21,608 bases of DNA from the NCBI GenBank assembly GCA_044220955.1, contig JBGAQA010000105.1, positions 1-21,608 of the forward strand, given 5' to 3'. The notes under the pieces were generated by a model. It saw nothing but the letters and a program-made list of their open reading frames with translations. It ran no database searches and was not told where the DNA came from. How positions within the stretch are numbered: position 1 is the first letter of the stretch; each line of letters starts with the position of its first letter. The stretch comes from Sandaracinaceae bacterium (lineage in GTDB: Bacteria > Myxococcota_A > Polyangia > Polyangiales > Sandaracinaceae). Below are positions 1 through 8,532 of the stretch, in pieces. The translations under genes were made by a program, and so were the position numbers.

Positions 1-290
1 GGGCCCACCCGGGGGAGCGCCGAAGCCACCGCCTGGCGGGGGTCCACCGGGGGGAGCGCCGAAGCCACCGCCCGGTGGGGGCCCGGCTGGCGGAGCGCCG
101 AATCCACCCTGGGAGGGGGGCGGCGTCGCCGGCGCCGAACCGAAGCCACTGCTCGGCGGGGGCGCGCCGAATCCGCCGCCCTGGGGAGGTCCGCCCGGGG
201 GCGCGCCGAATCCGCCGCCTGGGGGAGGCCCCGGGGGCGCGCCGAACCCGCCCTGGGAGGGCGGCGGATCACCGAAGCCACCCCCTGGCG
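1..290 (-). repeat. Coding degenerate tandem repeat, about 8 GFG-containing units of roughly 27-42 nt
   Basis: Recurring ccgaag/ccgaat/ccgaac cores on the + strand near 20, 59, 98, 140, 167, 206, 242 and 272. Confidence 0.8.
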
Positions 291-654
291 GCGGTCCCAT
301 GGGCGGTGCGCCCATCGGAGGCGCCGCAGCAGGCGCGCCGAACGCCCCGGGGGGCGGACCGGCCGGTGGACCGCCAGGCGGCGTCATCGGCCCCAGCATC
401 GTCTGCTGGAACGCGAGGTTGGGCTTCGGTGGCTCGGCGGCCTGCGGCGGCGGCATCCCCGGAGGCGCGCCGGGCGGGGGACCACCCGGTGCCCCGGGCG
501 GCGCGCCCGGCTTCCCGGCACCGACGCCCGTCATCATCATGGTGCCCTTGAACTTCGACGCGGCCGCCTTCGGCTTGAGCGGCGACTGACAGGCCACGCA
601 CTGCGTCGCGGTGTCGGTGTTCGGCTTCCCGCAGTTCGGACAGAAGACGGTCAC
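1..654 (-). CDS. Zinc-ribbon domain protein with Pro/Gly-rich GFG repeats (3' end runs off the window)
   Basis: GTG start at 654 with GGAGG upstream. Reads MTVFCPNCGKPNTDTATQCVACQSPLKPK (CxxC...CxxC), then KGTMMM and QQTMLG motifs and PPPGGGFGAPP repeats. Open to position 1; absent from the ORF track because no stop falls in the window. Confidence 0.85.
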   Translation of the reverse strand, partial: MTVFCPNCGKPNTDTATQCVACQSPLKPKAAASKFKGTMMMTGVGAGKPGAPPGAPGGPPPGAPPGMPPPQAAEPPKPNLAFQQTMLGPMTPPGGPPAGPPPGAFGAPAAAPPMGAPPMGPPPGGGFGDPPPSQGGFGAPPGPPPGGGFGAPPGGPPQGGGFGAPPPSSGFGSAPATPPPSQGGFGAPPAGPPPGGGFGAPPGGPPPGGGFGAPPGGP

Positions 655-810
655 TGGCGCCTCCGACCCTCCGCGCGCTCTCACGCGCGAGGGCATTCTC
701 GATCGTTCGATCACTCGCCCGCGCGCGACCCCCACAGGCCTCGTTCGAGCGCGGCGACATTAGCGAGAAGATCCCTTCCTGGGAAGGGCTTTTCGCGCGC
801 CACGTCGCGC

Positions 811-839
811 TTGACACGCTCGAACGTCGAGCCTAGCGT
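811..839 (+). promoter_or_regulatory. Sigma70-type promoter of the nuo operon
   Basis: TTGACA (811-816), 17-nt spacer, TAGCGT (834-839), about 130 nt upstream of nuoE. Confidence 0.7.
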
Positions 840-971
840 CCGCCCCGCCCGTCACCCCCGGGCGTGCTGCGCGCGTGTGCGCTCCCCTCGTCGCGTGGCT
901 TGTTTCAAGGGCTCGAACGTCGCCGTCACGGCGCGACGCGCGAGCGAGGGAGCAGCCGAAGGCGTGACCGC

Positions 972-1550
972 ATGGCTCTCTCGCTGAGCACGGATCAGGA
1001 AAAGAAGATCGACGAGATCATCGCTCGCTACCCCACCAAGCGCGCCGCCTGCATCCCCGTGCTCCACGTCTGCCAGGCGGAGGTCGGCTGGGTCTCGCCG
1101 GAGGTGATCGCGTGGGTCGCGCAGCGCCTCTCGCTCGCAACGAGCGAGGTCCAGGGCGTCGTCACGTTCTACACGATGTACCACCAGGCCCCGGTCAAGA
1201 AGCACGTGCTCTGGGTGTGCCGGACGCTCTCGTGCGACCTGCGTGGCGGCAAGGCCATCCAGGAGCACGTCGAGAAGCGCTTCGGCTGCCATGCCGGCGG
1301 CGACAGCAAGAACGGCCAGTGGACCCTGAAGAAGGCCGAGTGCCTCGCCGGGTGCGGCTACGCGCCGATGGTGCAGATCGACGATCGCTTCTTCGAGAAC
1401 CTCACGCCGGAGAGCCTCGATCGCATCCTCGATGCCTACGAGAAGGGCACACCCCCCGCGCAGCTCGAGACCGCGTTCGAGAAGAACCCCGCGCCGGCTC
1501 CCGCGCCACCCACCCCGTCGACGCCTCCGTCGGCCCCGCAGGCTTCCTGA
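972..1550 (+). CDS. nuoE: NADH-quinone oxidoreductase subunit E
   Basis: GVVTFYTMY; 2Fe-2S ligands CRTLSC and CLAGCGYAP; Pro-rich tail. ATG 972 chosen as the start. Confidence 0.95.
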   Translation: MALSLSTDQEKKIDEIIARYPTKRAACIPVLHVCQAEVGWVSPEVIAWVAQRLSLATSEVQGVVTFYTMYHQAPVKKHVLWVCRTLSCDLRGGKAIQEHVEKRFGCHAGGDSKNGQWTLKKAECLAGCGYAPMVQIDDRFFENLTPESLDRILDAYEKGTPPAQLETAFEKNPAPAPAPPTPSTPPSAPQAS

Positions 1551-1551
1551 G

Positions 1552-2946
<1,395 letters not shown>

Positions 2947-2948
2947 AC

Positions 2949-3619
2949 ATGGAGACCTCGGCCGCGGCCATGACCACCGATCTCAGCACGTCAGGCCAAG
3001 TGCTCTTCGTGCTCGCCGCGATCGTCGCGCTCGTGTCGGCCATCGCGACGGTCTCGCAGCGCTCACCGCTACGTGCCGCGATGGGCCTGCTCCTGCACAT
3101 CGTCTCGCTGGCGGGGCTCTACCTCTCGCTCCACGCGCACCTGCTCGCTGCGATCCAGATGCTCGTGTACGCGGGCGCCGTCGTCGTCCTGTTCGTCTTC
3201 GTCATCATGCTCATCGGCCCTGGCGCGCTCTCCTCGCGGCCCGACGAGCGGGGCGTGTCGGTGAAGATCGTGGGCGTCGCCACCATCGCGATCATCTCCG
3301 GCGCGATCGCCGCGCAGGTCGGCGCGACGGATCTGGGGCACGTGCTGATCCCCTCGTGCGCGCAGGGTGCGCAGGGCTGTGTCGAGTTCGGCGGGGTCGA
3401 CGCCCTCTCGCAGGCCATCTTCGTGGACGCGGCCGTCCCCTTCGAGCTCGTCTCGATCCTCTTGCTCGTCGCCGTCATCGTGGCGATCGCGGTCGCGCCG
3501 TGCATCGCGGTGAGAAGGGGGTGGGCGGCGAGCCGAGCGAGGACGCGAGCGCGCCGAAGAAGCTCCCCATCCGGCCGCGTACGGCCGATCCCCTCCCCGA
3601 AGAAACCGCAGCGGAGTGA
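2949..3619 (+). CDS. nuoJ: NADH-quinone oxidoreductase subunit J; apparent frameshift near 3497 (as written it reads on in frame into nuoK)
   Basis: QMLVYAGAVVVLFVFVIML and PFELVSILLLVAVI motifs; GGAGG at 2935-2939. A natural-looking tail (AVHRGEKG...EETAAE*) lies in the -1 frame and ends at 3619. Confidence 0.85.
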
Positions 3620-3629
3620 GGACACGACG

Positions 3630-3938
3630 ATGCTGATCGGTCTCGGTACCTACCTCGCGCTCGCCGCCGTCCTGTTCGGGATCGGCGCGGCGGGCTTCCT
3701 CACCCGGCGCAACCTGCTGCTCCAGCTCATGTCGATCGAGATCATGCTGAACTCGGTCAACCTGACGCTGGTCGCGTTCAACCGCTGGACGCCCGAGAGC
3801 CACGCCGGCCAGGTGTTCGCGTTCTTCGTGATCGCGGTCGCCGCGGCCGAGGCCGCGGTCGGCCTCGCCATCCTCATCAGCCTCTATCGCTTGAAGAAGT
3901 CGGTCGACAGCGATCGCGCCGACCTTCTCAGGAACTGA
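3630..3938 (+). CDS. nuoK: NADH-quinone oxidoreductase subunit K
   Basis: RRNLL, MSIEIMLNSVNL and GQVFAFFVIAVAAAEAAVGLA motifs; own GAGGA ribosome-binding site before ATG 3630. Confidence 0.95.
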   Translation: MLIGLGTYLALAAVLFGIGAAGFLTRRNLLLQLMSIEIMLNSVNLTLVAFNRWTPESHAGQVFAFFVIAVAAAEAAVGLAILISLYRLKKSVDSDRADLLRN

Positions 3939-3941
3939 TCG

Positions 3942-6689
3942 ATGGACTTGCTCACAGAGAACGTCGACCTCTCGGGCTTCGCGGGCAACTCGCTCGCGTG
4001 GATCGTCCTCTTGCCGCTGCTCGCGGCGCTCATCAACGGCAGCTTCGGCGGCCGCGCGGACAAGTGGGTCGTCACCCTCGTCTCCGTCGGCTCCGTGTTC
4101 ACGTCGTTCCTGATCGCGCTCTACGCGTTCGGCACGCTGCTGCGCGCATCGGGCACCGAGGGCGACGAGGGGCGCATCGTCCAGACGGTCTATCAGTGGT
4201 TCGCGCTGGCCATCCCCGCGGGGGACGGGGCCGTCTACAACGTTCCGATCCAGGTCCGCTTCGTCATGGATCACCTCTCCGGGATCATGACGATCATGGT
4301 CACGGGGATCGCGTCGCTCATCCACGTGTACTCGACGAGCTACATGGGTGAGGACGCGGGCTACCCGCGGTTCATGACGTACCTGAACCTGTTCACCGCC
4401 TCGATGCTCATCCTCGTGCTCGGCTCGAACGTCCCCTTGATGTTCGTCGGCTGGGAGGGCGTCGGCCTCTGCTCGTACCTGCTGATCGGCTTCTGGTGGC
4501 AGAACCCGGCGTACGCGGCGGCGGGACGCAAGGCGTTCGTCGTCAACCGCATCGGCGACTTCGGCGTGCTCATCGGCACGTTCATGCTCGTCTCGATCGC
4601 CCACAGCTTCGAGTTCGACCAGATCAACGCGGCGGCGGCCGAGATCGCGACGATGCCCTTCGTGATGGGCGGCGTGCCCTGGGGCATCCACGTCGGCACG
4701 CTCGCGGCGCTGATGCTCTTCCTCGGGTGCACCGGCAAGAGCGCGCAGCTGCCGCTCTTCGTCTGGCTGCCGGACGCGATGGCCGGCCCCACGCCGGTGT
4801 CCGCGCTCATCCACGCGGCCACGATGGTCACGGCGGGCGTCTATCTCTGCTGCCGCTTCTCGCCGATCTTCATCCACAGCACGACGGCGATGAGCGTGAT
4901 CGCGCTGGTCGGCGCGGCGACGGCCTTCGTCGCGGCCTCGATCGGCCTCGTGCAGAACCAGATGAAGAAGATCCTGGCCTACTCCACGGTCAGCCAGCTG
5001 GGCTTCATGTTCGCCGCGGTCGGCACGGGCGCGTTCGCCGCCGGCATCTTCCACGTCTTCACGCACGCGTTCTTCAAGGCCTGCCTCTTCCTCGGGGCGG
5101 GCTCGGTGATGCACGCGATCCACGCGCACGGCGACGCGGACATCCGCTACCTCGGCGGGCTCAAGAAGTACATGCCGCGGACGCGGATGACGTTCCTGCT
5201 CGCGTGCTGCGCGATCGCCGGCGTGCCGCTCTTCTCGGGCTTCTTCTCGAAGGACGAGATCCTGCTCGGCGCGCTCGAGTCCGCCGGACATCTGCCCGAG
5301 TGGGTCAGCTACACGGTGTTCGCGCTCCTCGTGATCACCGCGGGCATGACCGCCTTCTACATGTTCCGGCTCTACTTCCGGACGTTCGAGGGTGAGTTCA
5401 AGGGCGGGCATGCGCCGGCGGCCGAGGGCGACGCGCACGAGGGCGACGAGCCCCACGAGGACCCGCACGAGTCCGACGACGCCATCACCACGCCGCTGGT
5501 CATCCTCGCGGTCGGAGCCGTGCTCGTCGGCTTCCTCGGCCTGCCGCACTGGATCGTGGGCGAGCGCTTCTCGTGGTGGTCGCACTGGATGAGCGGCGAG
5601 GCGGAGCACTGGGGCCCGGTCGCGACGTGGGCCCGCTACGCGGTCGACGGAGAAGCTCACGAGGCGGCGGGCCTCGGCCCGATCGCGATGGTGCTCGGCA
5701 CCCTCGCCGGCCTCGGCGGCATCGGCCTCGCGTACCAGTGGTACTACGTCGGTGACGGCTCGGTCCCGGGTGCGCTGATGCAGCAGTGGCCGCGCCTGCA
5801 CGCGTTCCTGATGGACAAGTGGCGCGTCGACGAGCTCTACGAGACTGTCTTCCTCGGTCCGTTCAAGTGGCTCGCCGTCGTGACGGCGAACATCGATCGC
5901 ATCCTCGTCGACGGCTTGCTGACGGTGGTCCCGGGGTGGATCGCCAAGGGCCTGGGGATGATCGCGACGCGCGTCTCGACCGGCGCCATCTACGCGTACA
6001 CGACGCTCTTCGTGGTCGGCACCGCCGGCGTGATCTGGTGGTTCACCTACCCGCACACGACCGTGGTGGGCCAGGTGGACGAGGCGACCGTGGCGTGGAC
6101 CGCCGAGCGCGGCACCGGCTACACGTACCGCTGGGACTTCGACTCGGACGGAGTGCCCGACACCGAGTGGTCGGACTCACCGGCGGCCTCGCACACGTAT
6201 GGTGACGCCGACGGCTACGTCGGCCTGGTCGCGCAGGTCGAGGACGAGGAAGGCACGACCGTCAGCGAGGTCGAGATCACGCCGGGCACGCGCGTGGTCC
6301 CGCTGGAGGAGGCGGGCTTCCGACTCGCCGTCATCTCGACCGACGACGAGGCCGCCGCGGTGACCGCGCCGACGGTGCGCCTCGAGGGCTCGCACGTCGT
6401 GCTCGACACGGGCAGCGCCGACGCGCTCGTCGGCGCCGAGCGCTCGACGCCCGAGGATCACGTGTTCGAGCTGGACGCCGGCGACGTGGCGCGGATGAGC
6501 GGCGCCATCGTGCGCATCGGCGCGCGCGCGTGCGCGACGGTCGAGACCCAGAGCGCGTTCGGCAACCACTCCCACACCCGCGAGTGCGTGACCGTGCGTG
6601 TGCCCCACACGGAGATGGAGCCGATGGCCAGCGCCGACGCCGATCATCGCGTCTTCGACGCCTCTTCCCAGCCGGGAGGCTCGCGATGA
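3942..6689 (+). CDS. nuoL: NADH-quinone oxidoreductase subunit L with a ~210-aa C-terminal soluble extension
   Basis: FVGWEGVGLCSYLLIGFW, GKSAQLPLFVWLPDAMAGPTPVSALIHAATMV, KKILAYSTVSQLG and HAFFKACLF motifs. Confidence 0.97.
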   Translation: MDLLTENVDLSGFAGNSLAWIVLLPLLAALINGSFGGRADKWVVTLVSVGSVFTSFLIALYAFGTLLRASGTEGDEGRIVQTVYQWFALAIPAGDGAVYNVPIQVRFVMDHLSGIMTIMVTGIASLIHVYSTSYMGEDAGYPRFMTYLNLFTASMLILVLGSNVPLMFVGWEGVGLCSYLLIGFWWQNPAYAAAGRKAFVVNRIGDFGVLIGTFMLVSIAHSFEFDQINAAAAEIATMPFVMGGVPWGIHVGTLAALMLFLGCTGKSAQLPLFVWLPDAMAGPTPVSALIHAATMVTAGVYLCCRFSPIFIHSTTAMSVIALVGAATAFVAASIGLVQNQMKKILAYSTVSQLGFMFAAVGTGAFAAGIFHVFTHAFFKACLFLGAGSVMHAIHAHGDADIRYLGGLKKYMPRTRMTFLLACCAIAGVPLFSGFFSKDEILLGALESAGHLPEWVSYTVFALLVITAGMTAFYMFRLYFRTFEGEFKGGHAPAAEGDAHEGDEPHEDPHESDDAITTPLVILAVGAVLVGFLGLPHWIVGERFSWWSHWMSGEAEHWGPVATWARYAVDGEAHEAAGLGPIAMVLGTLAGLGGIGLAYQWYYVGDGSVPGALMQQWPRLHAFLMDKWRVDELYETVFLGPFKWLAVVTANIDRILVDGLLTVVPGWIAKGLGMIATRVSTGAIYAYTTLFVVGTAGVIWWFTYPHTTVVGQVDEATVAWTAERGTGYTYRWDFDSDGVPDTEWSDSPAASHTYGDADGYVGLVAQVEDEEGTTVSEVEITPGTRVVPLEEAGFRLAVISTDDEAAAVTAPTVRLEGSHVVLDTGSADALVGAERSTPEDHVFELDAGDVARMSGAIVRIGARACATVETQSAFGNHSHTRECVTVRVPHTEMEPMASADADHRVFDASSQPGGSR

Positions 6690-8503
6690 GCGCCCCCACG
6701 ACCACGGACGTCCCCGTCCAGCTGCCCGCGTCGCCGGAGCCGACCGCGATCGAGCGATACCGCGCCTACGTCGTCGCCGGCGTCGTCGGCGCCGCGTTCC
6801 TGCTCTTCGCCGACTACGTTCCGGCCCCCGAGCACGGGCTGCTCTCGATGCTGCTGGCCGTGCCCTTCCTCGGTGCGATCGGTGTGCTCTTCATCCCGCG
6901 CCAGTGGGTGAACGAGATCCGCAACTTCTCGATGTTCGTGATGTGCCTCGAGCTGGTGCTCTCGGGCTGGTTGCGACAGGGTGACTACACGGGCTCGACG
7001 ATGCAGTTCGCCGAGAGCGCCGAGTGGGTGCCCTCGCTCGGCATCGGGTGGCGACTCGGAGTCGACGGCATCTCGTACTGGCTCGTGCTGCTGACCACGG
7101 CGCTGACGCCCATCTCGCTCTTCGTGTCCTACAACGCGGTGAGCACGAAGGTGAAGGAGTACGCGTTCTCCTTCCTGCTGCTCGAGGTGGGGATGCTCGG
7201 AGCGTTCGTCACGCTCGACCTCTTCCTCTTCTACGTGTTCTGGGAGCTGATGCTGGTGCCGATGTACCTCATCATCGGCATCTGGGGCGGCAAGGAGCGC
7301 ATCTACGCGGCGCTCAAGTTCTTCATCTACACCTTCGTCGGCAGCCTGCTGATGCTGATCGCGATCCTGTACGTGGTCGCGCAGTACCACGAGCTCACCG
7401 GGCTCTGGTCGTTCGCCTGGACGGATCTCGCGAACCTGCAGCTCCCGCCCGGCGAGCAGATCTGGCTCTTCGTCGCGTTCGCCCTCGCGTTCGCGATCAA
7501 GGTGCCGATGTTCCCGCTGCACACGTGGCTGCCCGACGCCCACGTGCAGGCCCCGACCGGTGGCTCGGTGATCCTGGCGGCCGTGCTCCTCAAGCTCGGC
7601 GGCTACGGGTTCCTCCGCTTCGCCATGCCGCTCTTCCCGTTCGCGTCGCACTTCCTCGGGCCCTCGATCGCCGTGTTCGCGGTGGTCGGCATCCTCTACG
7701 GCGCGGTCTGCGCGTGGGTGCAGCGCGACGTGAAGAAGCTCGTCGCGTACAGCTCGGTGAGCCACCTCGGCTTCGTGATGCTGGGCATCCTCTCGGTCAC
7801 GCAGACGGGCATCTCGGGCGCCATCCTTCAGATGGTCAGCCACGGCATCTCCACCGGCGCGCTCTTCATCCTCGTCGGCGTCATCTACGACCGCCGCCAC
7901 ACGCGCGACCTCGCCGACTTCGGCGGGCTCGCGAAGGTGATGCCCGCCTACACGGTGATCTTCGTGATCGTGACGATGAGCTCGGTGGGCCTGCCCGGCA
8001 CCAACGGCTTCGTCGGGGAGTTCATGATCCTCTCGGGCTCGTTCGTCTCGAGCGAGCTGGGGAACTTCGAGGCCCGCTTCGTCTTCTTCGCCGCGATGGG
8101 CGTGATCCTCGCGGCCGTCTACATGCTGCACGCAGTGCTCAAGATGTTCTGGGGGCCGGTGGACAAGAAGGAGAACGAGGGGCTCGCGGATCTCACGCAC
8201 CGGGAGCGCATCGCGCTCGCGCCGCTCGTGGTCGCGATCTTCTGGATCGGGTTCTTCCCGAACACCCTGCTCGAGACGATGCGTCCGAGCGTCGAGCACC
8301 TCGTCTCGACGTACGTGACCGAGTACACGAGCGACCAGCACGCCGAGGGGATGGCGCTGCGGCACGCGACCGAGGAGGCGGCGCCCCCGGCGCAGGACGC
8401 GCCGGCACCCGAGGGCGCGGCCGCCGTGCTCGACGGCGCCGATGCGCGGCGCGCCGCGGCCGCTGCCGACGTCCTGGCGCTCGCCCGGGGAGGCTCGCGA
8501 TGA
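6686..8503 (+). CDS. nuoM: NADH-quinone oxidoreductase subunit M
   Basis: FYVFWELMLVPMY, AIKVPMFPLHTWLPDAHVQAP and KKLVAYSSVSHLG motifs; ATGA overlap with nuoL and GGAGG upstream. Confidence 0.96.
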   Translation: MSAPTTTDVPVQLPASPEPTAIERYRAYVVAGVVGAAFLLFADYVPAPEHGLLSMLLAVPFLGAIGVLFIPRQWVNEIRNFSMFVMCLELVLSGWLRQGDYTGSTMQFAESAEWVPSLGIGWRLGVDGISYWLVLLTTALTPISLFVSYNAVSTKVKEYAFSFLLLEVGMLGAFVTLDLFLFYVFWELMLVPMYLIIGIWGGKERIYAALKFFIYTFVGSLLMLIAILYVVAQYHELTGLWSFAWTDLANLQLPPGEQIWLFVAFALAFAIKVPMFPLHTWLPDAHVQAPTGGSVILAAVLLKLGGYGFLRFAMPLFPFASHFLGPSIAVFAVVGILYGAVCAWVQRDVKKLVAYSSVSHLGFVMLGILSVTQTGISGAILQMVSHGISTGALFILVGVIYDRRHTRDLADFGGLAKVMPAYTVIFVIVTMSSVGLPGTNGFVGEFMILSGSFVSSELGNFEARFVFFAAMGVILAAVYMLHAVLKMFWGPVDKKENEGLADLTHRERIALAPLVVAIFWIGFFPNTLLETMRPSVEHLVSTYVTEYTSDQHAEGMALRHATEEAAPPAQDAPAPEGAAAVLDGADARRAAAAADVLALARGGSR

Positions 8504-8532
8504 ACAACTGCCTAAAGGCTGGTGGGCGATGA
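8500..8532 (+). CDS. Micro-ORF MNNCLKAGGR* coupled at both ends (cassette copy 1)
   Basis: ATG 8500 overlaps the nuoM TGA; TGA 8530-8532 overlaps the nuoN ATG 8529; GGAGG at 8489-8493; near-identical to 15527-15556. Translation is inferred, not shown. Confidence 0.65.
   Translation: MNNCLKAGGR

Noticed and set aside
1..290. CRISPR array
   Set aside because: The repeats are degenerate at third codon positions, lack unique spacers and encode Pro/Gly protein repeats; no cas genes are present.
699..922. LexA SOS box (CGAAC-N4-GTTCG)
   Set aside because: Only isolated half-sites are present, with no correctly spaced pair.
5408..5475. His/acidic loop in NuoL as a novelty
   Set aside because: A His-rich loop before the PHES motif is common in NuoL.
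8501..8515. Selenocysteine or readthrough at the nuoM or pyrH UGA
   Set aside because: A second in-frame stop follows within 3-4 codons and no SECIS-like hairpin is visible.
8518..8525. E. coli Chi octamer GCTGGTGG here and at 15542-15549 as functional Chi sites
   Set aside because: Chi sequences are lineage-specific. The only two copies I found lie inside the longer cassette, which the octamer alone does not explain.
8442..8528. N-terminal extensions of NuoN (from 8442) and RRF (TTG 15532) given by the ORF track
   Set aside because: Family-like sequence begins at ATG 8529 and ATG 15553; the extensions come from the upstream gene end and the cassette.
8506..8531. trpL-like attenuator (KGWW resembles the E. 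coli trp leader)
   Set aside because: No terminator/antiterminator hairpins follow, the WW frame runs straight into the downstream gene, and the genes are unrelated to tryptophan.
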